A stretch of DNA of 64,000 nucleotides from Paramecium tetraurelia (Eukaryota): positions 62,001-126,000 of the forward strand of contig CT868045.1 of assembly GCA_000165425.1 (NCBI GenBank), in the 5' to 3' direction. The position numbers and the translations under genes were made by a program. Below are positions 1 through 12,825 of the stretch, piece by piece. Below the pieces are notes generated by a model. The model saw nothing but the letters and a program-made list of their open reading frames with translations. It ran no database searches and was not told the origin of the DNA. How positions within the stretch are numbered: position 1 is the stretch's first letter; every line of letters starts with the position of its first letter.

Positions 1-3000
1 TTTTGACATTGCTAATGGGAATTATAGGAAAGAGCAGCAACATTGCATTATCTGTATTGGCATTTAGATGTATTTGTGTTCCAGAAACAATTTTTGTTGT
101 CATTGTCAACAACGCATTAGGATGAACTTGTATATAAGTCACACGATTTTAAGGTTGGACAATCTGGTTCTGAGATTCCTGTTTTCTCAATTTCTAAACA
201 ATTGAAATCGATGCAATTCAAAGTAGATGAATTCCACCAACATCTTTGATTAGCATAATTAAACTTGCATTAGATTGATGTCAAATAACTACTACAATTT
301 TATAATTTAGTAATGCAACCACCCTTATTCGTAATAGTACACTGATTACTGATGTTTTCACATTAGCTATGAGTTGTGAAGCTGTTAGACAAAAGATGAC
401 AGGCCATCTTCAGACATTTATTGTCCACTGCAATGCATTAGCCTTCTTGAGACCATAGACATGAACTTGCAGTCTATTCGGAACATGTTAACTTCATTTC
501 GACACAAGCATTAAATGAGGAATTGATGGTGCAAGTTGGCAACCAAACTTAACAATCTTCATGAGTTGTTTTCATTGTATCTACATTTAAGCAGGTCTTG
601 TCTTTGCATCCAGTGGTTGAGTCATTTGTGCATGTGCTTTTCAACTTTAGACAATCATTAAGAGTATAAGTAAATGTCTCACCTAAAAAGATTTGATTAC
701 AGGCAATTTTATTTGTCATTTCTATGCATGAAGCACCTGCATTTGTTTATTAATTCTATATACATCTACCTCTGGATGAGTGGTAACAATCACTCAAATT
801 AGTATATAGAGTACAATCAGCCTGAATGTTTGTACATGCATTCTTAGCTCTATTGACACTGCAATAATTATTTGAGGATTGTAGACATTTTTCATAGGTT
901 AAACTTGAAGTAGCATCAGTCTTCAATTGACAATTCTTTTCTGAAGCTATGGCTACAGGTTTACATACTGAACCTGTCCAAATACAATAATGATCATTCT
1001 TAGTGTAATAGCAACTGTCACTTGATGCAGCACTGCATGTATTAAGCATGCTAACACAACCAGTTCCTGTTCTATTCACAGTACAAGAGTAATCATATTC
1101 TTAGCAAGCTTCAAAAGAGATGGTACCACCAGCATAACTTGTGCATAGACCACTACCACAGGTCTTAGTAGTTCCTGATACAACTATGATGCAAAAGTCT
1201 CGTTTGCTAGAACAATCAGTATTTACTGTGGGATTAAGAATGGCACCGCAATCAACGTGAGTATAAAGACAGTCTGTTCCTTTAACTACGCAATCCCCCT
1301 CTTTAGAATATTTGCATTAAGATAGATCTGTAGTGTATTCAGAACAGAAATCCTTCTTTGTAATGCATCTATTTTAACTGAGATTCAAAGTACATCCCGT
1401 GATCCTCTCACAATCCACTTTTGTGGTGTATAGATAGTCAGTGCATATTTTGTTGATGCATCCATTTGAGAAGTTATTCACCTTACACCTTTACAACACA
1501 GCACTACAATTAGCATCATTGTAGGTTGTCAATCGAATGTCACTGCAATTTATCTATTGGAGTTCTTGGCATTGATCTTAGAGCCAAATACACTAGACTT
1601 AATTGACTGTTGAGTGACATTGATATTCATACTTGTATTCTATACAATTGTTCAGTTTCTTGACACATCCTTGTTGATTCACTTTGCTCAACACTGTGCA
1701 TTGAGAATTCAACTATTGACATTTCTCGTAAGTATCATAATTACTATTATCTGTTGAATCACTACATCCAGATTCTCTACAGAGTAACCCTGTCCATATA
1801 CACTACCCTCCAGTCTGATTTAACTTACATTATTCTGCAATAGTGTACTGAGAGCACCTTTGAATGTTGATACATCCATTTGAACTACTATTTACTGTAC
1901 ATTAATTGTACAGATTATTGCAATCCAAATGAGTACTACCAACCAGATTAGAACATATCTTTTCTTTGCATTGTCCTCCTGTCCATATACAATCATTTTG
2001 AGTTGACGCAAAACAATTGTTAATGCTCAATACACCACATGAAGAAGGTTTAGCAATGCATCCATTACTAGAGTTGTTCAACACACAATTATTCATATAT
2101 TGATTGCAGTTTGTCTGATTGAAGGCTGTTAAATAATTCGGAGATCCAACTACATTGGCAGTTTCACAAGATTACTGAACACATTTGTTATTATTCCAAA
2201 TACAAACTGGTGATGTTCCATATCCACAATTCTATTATAGTTGTCTATCACTACAATTAGATGTGAGATTCATGCATCCACTTTGATTGTTGTTCACTAT
2301 GCAATCAGATTTAAACTACTAACAACCTCCTGTTGTTGTAATTGAACTATCAGCCATGTTACATTGTCTATCAACACAGGCAGAATTCTTCCATGCACAA
2401 TGATCACCTGATTAAGTTTGATAGCAGGACTTTTCACTTGTGTATGCCTAACATGCGAGCATTTTATTCATGCAACCAAATCCAGAATTATCAAGGATAC
2501 AGCTTGCCAGGTATGCTTCACATTCATTGTGAGTCATGTATGTTTTAGGTGCAAAAACACACTACTTTGTAAAACAAGTATTTTTCCAAACACAATTGTT
2601 TTTAAAGGAATCTGTTGAGCACTGGTCTTGTTGAGTGATATTTTCACATATTCTATCTACACATCCAATAGATGCTGTGACATTGAATGTGCACTCACTT
2701 GAATAAGCTTCGCATTCTGCTTATGAAGTGGCAGATGTATTGTTAGAACATATTTTTAATAGACATTATGAACCATTCCAATAGCATTTAGTACCATCAG
2801 TCATATCAATACACCCTGTTTCATTATTAGAGCTGGAACAAGAAAGTTGTTCAATGCATCCATTCATAGTAGTAATACAATTTTTACCAATTTTCTTACA
2901 TTAGTCATTTGTAGTAAAAGAAGCAGGTGCTTTAGAGCAAAGTTAATCATAGCAACTATTATCTAACCAAATACATGGTTATCCAGAATGATTTCTAACA

Positions 3001-3794
3001 CAAGCAGCCTCAATTTTAGCATTAGAACATTCCGTGATTTTTGTACATCCTCCATTCTCTTATGTTGTACATCCAATCAAGAACTAATTGCATAGTTAGT
3101 CAGTTTTATATGTAAGAGGTGCACTTGAACATGTGAGTGTAAGACATTTATTATCAGACCATACACATTACTATGTTTATGATTTATTCCACTTACACTA
3201 CGACATCAATTTTTAATTTTCACAAGTGTCTCCACTATCCATGCAACCTCCTTGTTCTCCAACTGTGCATTTTGATAAATTCTTTCTACATTCACTATCA
3301 GATTAAAATGTTAAAGGTAATTAACTACATTCTGTAAAATCTTGGCATTTATCTGCATTCCAATAACAAAGTAAACCCTTTTAATTTTTAAAGCAGGCTG
3401 TTTCAGTTTTGTAATCAGCACAATTTCCTAAATCTATACAATGAAATCCATCAGTCGAGCAATATTATGAAACATACTAACATTCTGTATGCTTTGTATA
3501 GTAATATGCACTACAACCTGCAAATTACTAACATTATTTATCTATCCATGCACAACCAACAGTCGATTGACATACAGTATCTCCTAATGGACTACAGTAA
3601 GTGACAATTTAAGTAACAACCACAGGTGGAGTGGGATTGGTGACACATTTGTCTGAATCCCAGAGACAAGTGTTTTTAGGATTTTAGCAATCAGGTTGTG
3701 AGAGTATTTGCTCACATTTGCATTTGGTAATGGATATTGTGGATGCTTCTAGTAAGATTAATAAGTTAAAGATAATTGCTAGTTTAATTTTCAT
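1..3794 (-). CDS. Paramecium surface antigen-like Cys-periodic protein (3' part runs off the window)
   Basis: Code-6 ORF from ATG 3794: MKIKLAIIFNLLILLEAS signal peptide, then recurring C-x-W and C..AP...T...C....CT periods typical of Paramecium surface antigen repeats. Confidence 0.9.
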
Positions 3795-3804
3795 TTATTT
3801 ATAA

Positions 3805-4232
3805 TCAAACAAATCCCAATTCTTTTTCTGAATCTTAAACTCTGTTCTCAAGTACAATAGTATTTTATTGCAATTTGATTCTATCTAGATTGATCTAATC
3901 CACTTATTGTTTCAAGAACTAGTGTTATTCCAATTGTAATGCATTCTGCTCATGAAACTCCTGCATCAATCTTTGATACTCCTCATTCAAGTATTTATTC
4001 GAGTCATCAAATGAATCTGTTGTAATTTACGATAACTCAATCAGATTGTTGCGTAATTGTTCCTTCTCCTTCTTTGCCAAATCCAACTCGTCCATTAATT
4101 GCTGCAACAATTACTACAACTAATAACCCAATTTACATCCAGTCTTTGCAAGTGACTCTTCACTGGCATCCTCATGGCAAACTCCTCCTGATCAAATTGT
4201 CCCTAATCCTAAAATTCATTGTTATAAGCCAT
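3805..4232 (-). CDS. Small coiled-coil protein (134 aa, one 23-nt intron)
   Basis: MAYNNEFQDQGQFDQEEF...ENRVQDSEKELGFV-TGA; spliced length 405 nt is in frame. Confidence 0.8.
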
Positions 4233-4383
4233 ATTATATTAATATTAAAAACAAATTATCTCTTCAAATTATTCTCCACTTTTTCAGCACTCCCTCATAA
4301 ACCTCCCTCTTCTTTCTTTCCAGTGGAAAAACCCACTTCAAGAATGGGCGAATCCCAAAAAATCTAGTTTTAATTAATTTTAT

Positions 4384-5328
4384 ATGAAAACCACCAACGA
4401 ACCATCCCTATTAAAATATCGAGTATCCATTCTATTAAAACCCCTTATAGATAATCGAGCAGAAGAACAAGAAAATAGTGTTGGAGGCTGACGAAGACTA
4501 ATTCACTCAGTTTGCCAATGCTCTCTCCATCATTCAAAAATTTCACGATGACATCAAGGCCCAATTCCACGCCAGCTCTCAAGCCCAAAGGAGAACCAAG
4601 AATGTGGTCTCCGTCTAAGCCATCAATTCGGATTCAGAAAAATCCAATAATTAGTCGTTTGCAAATCCCAATCCAGATATCAAAGAAGATCAGGATTTTC
4701 GCAGGTATCAAGTTGATTTATCACCATGCAGACGCATCCCTCACTTCTTTTTGTCTCGATTTAAGAAATGGGCTAAGATGATGGAACAGGATGCAGCCTA
4801 CAAGTACCTTCAGAATGTATAAGAATCAAAGGTTATTTAAACATATTATTATAAAGACATCAAAATAACAGCGATTCGAATTGGGAGATCTGCAACGATG
4901 CTTCCAAGTACAAGTCAACGAACCAAAGGAATCCAAATTATGCAAGAATCTCCTCAAGGACCTGTTCATTTCCTTCCTATAGAACGAGGCCACTCTACAG
5001 ATCATTCATTACAACAAAATCAGTTCAATCGAATAAAAAGTACAATATGGAATTCATTCTATCTTAGCACAAATACATATCAGAAATTAAAAACATGATA
5101 TAAGAGATGTATGAACTTAAACCCTTTGATTCATACTTGTCCTCCGAGAAGATCAAGGGAAAGAGAAACGCCAACAACAATAATAATCAGTCTCCCATCA
5201 AAGAAAAATAAGAAGATTTGAGAGAAGAGTTCCAAATCCCAGAAATGCACGAAAAGTACTCCAATGAGAGTTTTAAGAAATACGGCAATGCCCCATCCCT
5301 AGTAAAAATGAACAGTTTTTAGTAGTGA
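4384..5328 (+). CDS. Hypothetical protein (3 tiny introns)
   Basis: MKTTNEPSLLKYR...LSPCRRIPHFFLSRFKKWAK...; continuous after removing three GT-AG introns; ends TAG TAG TGA. Confidence 0.75.
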
Positions 5329-5498
5329 TTCTTATTAATTTATTCAAAAATTCTAATTTCATTTATATTGATTACTATTAATAAAATAATACGGGGCGAG
5401 TGTTCAAACCTTATTCAAACTCATGTATTTAGTTTCCATTATATTCTTATATATATATATATTATATTGCCATATTTATTTACATATATATATTTATA

Positions 5499-6192
5499 AT
5501 GTTAAAAAAACAAAAATAATTAATCGAAAACCCTGTCAATGACTTAAGTGTTTGTCCAACCAACAAACTCACCCTTTCCTCTCTCGATAAACCCCTCTTC
5601 CCCACTCCTTGGAGGAGTTACCAGCATTACAACATTCAAACACCCACCATCCTAATTAATCAAACTGACAGAGTCTAAGAAATGTCCTTTCAAATAGATA
5701 AACTCAAACCTCGCTATAGCAGATCATTAACAAAAAATAGAAAGCAATATCTACAGGACACTGTATTTAATGCTTACGATCCCAAGCCAATGGAAAAGTA
5801 AATTTTAAATGGCAGTCGTCTTAAGTTTAATGGAGACTTGAGTATGAACCTCTATTAGGATGAACCTAAACAATAATTGCTCCTTCCTCTTATGTTAAAT
5901 TTATTTGTTTTACATTCTTTTTAGAACAGAATCTGTCAAGGTTGGTTCAATCACTATTAGTAAAGATGTGGCTCTACCCAAATATCTTGATCCTCCCAAA
6001 AGTAAAAGGGTCGGCTTCAAAAAATTACCAGAATACTCTATTCGCAGATTCAGTCATGTTGATGATTTGGTCGAACGAGTCAGATTGCAATAGGTTGATA
6101 TCCTCAAGAAGTATCAAGCCAAGTCCTTCTCCAAGGACATACAGAATAAACTCAAGGATGAGCTATTTATCATACTTAAATAATTTGAATGA
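5499..6192 (+). CDS. Hypothetical protein (1 intron)
   Basis: MLKKQKQLIENPVND...KLKDELFIILKQFE-TGA in code 6. Confidence 0.7.
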
Positions 6193-6223
6193 TTAATATA
6201 AATATATTAATATCATAATAATA

Positions 6224-6525
6224 ATGGCAACAACCCAATTAGAATTGCTCCAATAACTCTACGATCTAAGAAACGAATTCAACGAGCAATTGAAGAAGGT
6301 CCAAGCTGCTCCAGAAGTAAGATAATAATTAATTGCAAGAATCAAGGAGAAGTAGCAACATTGCAAGATCAAAATAGAAGATATGCTTATAGAATAGGCC
6401 ACCTGACCAAGGCTGTTGACGAGTTGATTCAATCAGAAGTAACATCTTAATCATAATTCTAGAATCATTTACGCACAGAAAATGCTTAATTAAAAGCCAG
6501 AATATCTGAGTTAGAAAAGAAATGA
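6224..6525 (+). CDS. Small coiled-coil protein (~84 aa, 2 introns)
   Basis: MATTQLELLQQLYDLR...ENAQLKARISELEKK-TGA. Confidence 0.75.
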
Positions 6526-6879
6526 ATAACATCAAATATATATTTTAAAATAGATCTTTGATTTTAAATAAATACTAAAGGGCTTCCCTTTATTGTTTCA
6601 TTGTTAATCTTCTGATTAATTGATTCAAAATTCTGATTTATTCTAACCTACTTTTAAAGCCAAAAACGTAATCAAAGTAGGACTTTGTTTCTATATTTTT
6701 TTTTTAAAGTATTATTTGATTTAGTTCTTATTATAAATGACATTCTATGGTTACTTTTTTGTCTCTCAGATAATTGATACTAATTGATAATAAAAGATAA
6801 TTAATAATTTATTTAAAGCAATAAATGAATTTTAATATTTCTTATCCATAGTATATTGAAATTTCATTTTTGGAATAAG

Positions 6880-8174
6880 ATGAATCAAAATCTTAAAAAC
6901 AATTATTTTTTTGAAATAAAAAGCTATAAATTCATGATTTGTACATAGAAAAACCTAATTTTTCGAGATTCTTTTTAAGTTCAGCTACAATCTGATTGTA
7001 TCAAATTATCAAATGTAAATGGGTTTACAACTAAGTTTAGGCCAAGAAAATGATGTAATACACTCTGCTACTGCATGAGAACTCCCTCATAGATTGGAAG
7101 ATATCTAAAAGCTAAAAAAAAATTGAAGGTTTTAGCATATTGGTGAATGGGAAATGGGAATACTTCGAGATGGAGAAAACCCATTTAGAATTTTTTAAAT
7201 AGTTCCTGGATGCAAAGATCTCCTACTAGAACATTCATAGCTTATACAAGATGATATCTTTTTGTGGGAGAGGCTCATATGGACATGTAAAATATCGTTT
7301 TCTTATTATAGGTATTTAAATATCAGAATCGCATAAGCGGTGAACAAGTAGCATGTAAATCACTGAAGATCGGATCGAAAAACACACAATAAGTAAGTAG
7401 TAACTGAACACAATTAGATATTTTTGCAGGAAGTCAGGAAATTATAGATATTAAAACACCCCAGCATAGTGAAGTTGAAGGAGTTTTATTTGGAAACTAA
7501 ACATTGTTACATAGTGATGGAATTTTTGGAAGGGAAATCCCTCAGAGAATTGCAGGGACAGAAAAGACTCAATGAGGAGGAAATCATTTTAATTTTAAAG
7601 GTAAATAATAATTATATTTCAGTAAATATTACATTGTATTCACTATATACACAAAGAAGGATATGTGTATAGAGATATAAAATAAGATAACGTGTTATTC
7701 GCTGAATAGGGAAATTTGAATAGTTTGAGGTTGATTGATTTTGGATTGGCCATAACTTTGAATGACCTCACAGCTCAAGGGAATCGTATCTGTGGGACTC
7801 CTGGATACTTGGCTCCTGAAGTGATCAATTAAGCTAAAGATTTGGATTATAAAATTGATATGTTCAGTTTGGGAGTGATGTTGTGGGAGATGTAAGATTC
7901 GAATTTACTAATTATGATTAGGATCCACAATAAGAGATTTTTCGAAGGGTGTGATCAAAGCATTCAAGAGAGAATGAACAGACAATATAAGTTTTCGGAT
8001 GAGTTTACTAAAAATATAGAGAATTAAACTTTGAGACATTTGGTGGAGAAGATGATACATCACAATCCTGATTAGAGATTGACGGCAATGGAGGCATTGA
8101 ATTATTTGGATTGGAGTTTGATGAATAAGTGTGAGAATGTGAAGGAGATTGACAATAATATAAGTACAGATTGA
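6880..8174 (+). CDS. Ser/Thr protein kinase, CAMK-like
   Basis: GRGSYGHV, VACK, YRDIKQDN, DFGLA, CGTPGYLAPE, DMFSLG motifs; 5 tiny introns; start codon tentative. Confidence 0.9.
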
Positions 8175-8244
8175 GAATAGGGGAGAATAGATATTGATTG
8201 ATTATACATTTTATTATATATTTATATATGTGTATATTTTGGTC

Positions 8245-8934
8245 TCATTCTTTGATTTAATACTTTTTTCTCATTTCAAAGTATTTTCTGTAGTTTTGAT
8301 CTCTTGATCTTGAGACAACGATGTCTTTGGCCAATAGATAAGAGTAGAACATCTGGGTGAGGGGCATTCCTTGACGAGCCAATCTAAAAGGATGCAATAA
8401 ATTATAAACTTGTCATTGTTGTAACCAGTGTTGATGAGTCCGCTTCCTTCTGAGTTCTTGCCTGCAGTCAATAAATAATATTCTCTTTTTTGGATTTGGT
8501 CTAAGCAGGATAGATTGAATTGATACTTGATTCCATTTTGTATTTGAACAATGTTCCAATTACTCCGAGACCAAGCATGGTTGTAATAATTCTGCCTTTG
8601 GGTTGTCTGATTTTGTAGGTCTTCCAATAGATATAACCCATAGGGTTCTTGATGAATCTGAAAAAGTTTTTGAAGAATCTCCTTTTATTGCCTCTGTCAA
8701 TGAATTTTTTTTGCATCTAATTGTTAATGAGGAGTGTACTCTGAATTTCTCCATTTCCCAATCGTATGCCTTTCCCATAGATCTCCAAATCATTTCCAAT
8801 CGCTCTCTTTTATTTGGAGCATGATAATAGAGATAATGTTATCCGAAGGTTCGCATCTTCACATCAGCATCACCAGTGGATTGGTCTCTGATCCAGATAT
8901 AATCCTATTACATCTTCTCATGAGAATTGGCCAT
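8245..8934 (-). CDS. Mitochondrial ATP synthase subunit f (ciliate type), 204 aa, 3 introns
   Basis: MANSHEKMQQDYIW...EMIWRSMGKAYDWEMEKFR..KFIDRGNKRRFFKNFFRFIKNPMGYIYWKTYK...QNYRKYFEMRKK closely matches the Tetrahymena subunit f sequence as I recall it. Confidence 0.8.
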
Positions 8935-8960
8935 TTTAAATCTTATTTATTATTTAATTA

Positions 8961-10747
8961 ATGCACTAAGAATTAAACTGTCCTCGTTGTGAGATTGCAT
9001 TTGACATCTATGATCGGACACCATAGATGCTACCAAAATGTGGTCATTCCATGTGCATGCAGTGTCTTCGTGAACAAACCAAAATAATCTGTCCTGAAGA
9101 CGGGTAAAGCAGTAGCTCTAATTTCTAAGAATTGTCTAGCCACAAGATCTGAATCTCTACCCAGTCAATCAAGCCATTTTGAAAATAATCAATAAGTCTA
9201 GTCTCAAGAACTCACAAATCGATTCTACCGAGTTGGGTGAAACTGTGAGACTCTCCAAATGCGAGAATTTCTTTGAAATCATGGAATCTACATCTCTCTG
9301 CAAAGAACACAACAAGAAGATCGAATTAGTGTGTCTGGAAGATCACAATAAAATCTGTGTCAATTGTGCTTTGTTTGGTGGTCATAAGCATCACAATGTG
9401 AGAAACATAGATGTAATTCAAATCCATTTAAAAATAGGAAGTCATTTCAGAAATCCAGCATTCCCTCGAAGAAACTGTAGATCTGATGCAACAAATACAA
9501 TCCAAAATTAAATCCCTCAAATAACCAATTATCAATAAAAAGATACGCGACTAAATACGAGTTTGTATAAAGCAACAACAATCTCTAGCAGAAGAATAAT
9601 TCAAAGTACTCTTATATCACTATAAAAATCTAAGGAAATGATAACTCAATTAATGATGAAATAGCGAAAAGTAGTCGAAGAGATTGAGCAAAAGTACAAA
9701 TAAGTCGAAGATCAACTAATAAAACGAGAACAACAGTATGTCAATCAAGTAGTCGAAAAAGCAGACTTATGGATGTTAGCGTAATTCCTCCTCTTTATAG
9801 TGCATAGTTCTCAAGAACGGATCAATTAGTTCGCCTCCTTAACTGAAAAAGGGGAAATCGCCTTCTTTCTACTCCAGAAAGACACCTCTAATACTCAGGC
9901 CAAATAAATTATAGAAGAATTGGAGGATTTCATGAAGAAGTTTCAAACCAGATTGTAAGAGGTTACTCAAGGTTAAATTACTCCTTAGGTGCACTTAAGC
10001 AAAGAATTAATGGGGAATTTTGAATACAATTATCCTCAAGTTCAATAATCATTTTTTGACGATCCAAATATCTTGAGAGATGTTTCAATGATTGATCAAA
10101 GTTTTTTAAAGGACATTGATGACAAACCTCCTCATAATGAATTTTTGACTCATAATTTATTAAACCCTCAACCTTTTATATCAATCTCAATCCGCTCTCC
10201 AATCATAACCTTCATCCAACAACATTTCATAACATACCATAAGTCCTAATCATGAGAAGAAATCATCGCAAAACGAAACATTAACATCTCCAAAATTAAG
10301 AAGGCAATCTTCAATGTCTCCAAAAAGACCTACAAAAAAGAAATTTAATACTAAAGTGGAATCCATTTTATTAAGTTGCAATGGAGATACCTTAGACCTC
10401 TCTTAATAAGGTAATGTATCCATCTATAACCTGTAGATTTGGGAGATGATGGAATGATTCTCTTGGAAGAATTCATCAAAAATAAGAAGCTTAAGATCCT
10501 GAAATTGATGCGAAACAAAATCAGTGACACTGGAGCATCCAAATTACTAGAATTACATTGCCAAATATTGCATTTGTAATCCAATGTGATTACGGAAAGG
10601 TTCCTGGATTTAATTTAGTAATTAATATAAAAATAGACCTAAATTCATATTAAAACCATCTATTTGGGCTAAAACCTAATGAATTTATTTAGAGTAAAGA
10701 AAAAAATAGAGGATTTAAAGAAGTTAGGCATAACTATTTAAATATGA
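8961..10747 (+). CDS. RING + B-box + coiled-coil protein with short C-terminal LRR (TRIM-like E3 ligase)
   Basis: CPRC...PQMLPKCGHSMCMQC...CPED RING; CKEH...CLEDHNKICVNCALFGGHKHH B-box; LKILKLMRNKISDTGA LRR. Confidence 0.88.
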
Positions 10748-10754
10748 TAATTGA

Positions 10755-11529
10755 TCAGTGTGTTATGCTTTTTGTGTTATGAAATGTGCCTCTTAATTAC
10801 GATTATAACTCCTATTCATTTTCACACATTAAATCCATTTCCACACCCTGCATCTGTTTCTCTAATTTGATTATTTTCTATAGCAAATGAATAGACTATT
10901 CTTCCATATGCAATTTATCCTTAGTCAATTTGCTAATTTCCTTATTCAATCGATAGGACTCTGTTGAATAAGCAACGTAATCCTCCTTCAATTACCTTTG
11001 CTTCGTTTAAACTGCCTCATTGAATTAATCCTCTATTTTTTATATATTCCTCTCTGTTTGCTCCTTCATCTAATCCATCTCCTCCTTGATTTGCTTAGAC
11101 TACTCCTTCAATTGAGCCAAAGTGCGTTTGCTATCCGAAATGTAATTCTAATAAATTCTATCTTAATCCTTACTTGTATTAATTGCTGTGAATGAGTGAA
11201 CACTTCCAAAAAGTGAATTTATGCATTGGTGTTTTAAAACTCCTCCACATTGAAGGGATACTTGAATCCAAAGGATGTTATTTGATCTGTTTTTTCCATG
11301 AAATTCTCAAAAAATGGACGAGTATCACTTTAACTTTTTGAATAGCCTGTAAAATTTTTATTGGTCCTTCCCAATTTATGTTCGAGAGTCTGAAGTTTCA
11401 TAGCACTTCGATTGGTGGGTAGAGTGGCTTAAAATTTTTGTATTCAAATATACTTTAAGGTGGCTATTTAAAGTATAACAGTTATCTGATTCTAATTTCG
11501 GAATGAGCATTGTTATTATCTGAATACAT
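10755..11529 (-). CDS. Coiled-coil hypothetical protein (240 aa, two 26-nt introns)
   Basis: MYSDNNNAHSEIRIR...KIIKLEKQMQG...KSITH-TGA; spliced length is in frame. Confidence 0.7.
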
Positions 11530-11559
11530 TAAATATTAATATTATTTAAAAAAGTATAT

Positions 11560-11640
11560 AGGCTAACCAAGCTTCTAACTTGGCATCTCTGCAGTGTAAA
11601 TGCAGCGCGATAACAAACTGCGTCATTCACCCATACTCAA
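11560..11640. other. GC-enriched, self-complementary intergenic element (candidate ncRNA or cis-element)
   Basis: Two potential stems (ccaag/cttgg; gtg-aatg-cag...ctg-catt-cac) inside an otherwise very AT-rich spacer. Confidence 0.3.
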
Positions 11641-11653
11641 TAAATACTTATTA

Positions 11654-12754
11654 TCATTTCATAAATATATCATCTCTCCAATACCCAATTATTTCTTGTT
11701 GACCATAATAAAACACGCCAGTTCCATTAGCCTATCCATCGATAAAACTACCAATAAATCTGCATCCGTTCTTAAATTTTAACTCTCCCTTCCCATTTCT
11801 CTTCCCATTAGCAACCCGACCAATAAAATGACACCAAGTTGAAAGATCATAATGTGTACATTCAAATGGAGCGTCTGGATTAAGAACTTCTACTCTTTCT
11901 CCGTCATTCACTGCCTTCTACTTTTGCTAATGAGCGTGTGGTTGAAATGCACGATTATACAATTTTAATTCCACATTTTCAATCTAAATCTTATATTCCT
12001 CGTTTAATTTGACCACAAAGGAGTACAATTATTAGCAATTGGGTCGTTATAGGTCTTGCTCAATGAAAGTCTGATCTAGGAATCTGTGTAAATACTCAGG
12101 TAGATTCAGCTCTTTGATTTTAATTTACAGTTCTTTAAAATCGAATTGTTTTGTTTTGAAGAAATGCTTGGGTTCCTTCAATCCTAAACAATAGAGACAG
12201 ACGAGACCCAATGCAAATACGTCGGATTTAAAGTATTCTATTTGTTCGTTCTAATAGTAATTTGTGGGACTTTAATAATATTTCATGTAGAGTGGTCTGA
12301 ATAGGAAGGAGTCTGCTATTTTATAGACATATTTCTGTTAAAGGGTGTAAACTCTGAAGATTCCACTAGGATTCAATGCACAATAATGCATTTTTAGATC
12401 TTGTAAGAGGGAGAGGATTTTGGTGATGTGATTGATAAAAGTCCAGACTTCCAGATGCTCAAAATTATCAATTTGGGAAATGGGCTCTGGATAATCGAAG
12501 TAGACATGCAAATCATCATTTTTCACTTGCCAATGATGGATATTTAAACTGTTTGTGTGTTGAGTCTTTTTCTTCAACTGTTCTATAATCTTTTCATCTC
12601 TGAAGGTGAGTATACCGTGTATGATTTTGAATTTATTATCAGCTCGATGAGTGAGGACATTCATTTCTTTGAATCTGAAATTCTCATTATCAAAATTACT
12701 TGTTTTATCGAAATCCATTAAAAAATGTGAGGAGTTGTCGCATAATGCACCCAT
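11654..12754 (-). CDS. Pseudokinase with C-terminal MORN repeats (366 aa, intronless)
   Basis: MGALC acylation-type N-terminus; kinase-like HYCALNP / KIADSF / KSDVFALG; FIGRVANGKRNGKGEL..FIGSFIDGQANGTGVF MORN repeats. Confidence 0.8.
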
Positions 12755-12825
12755 TATATGAATGAAGAGGAGATTAATGTTTAGGGTATATTAAATAAAT
12801 ATTAACAATAATATTATTAAAGAAA

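Noticed and set aside
8888..8911. Apparent 24-nt GT-AG intron near the start of ATP synthase f
   Set aside because: Read-through gives MQQDYIWI, matching the recalled Tetrahymena ortholog, so it is coding
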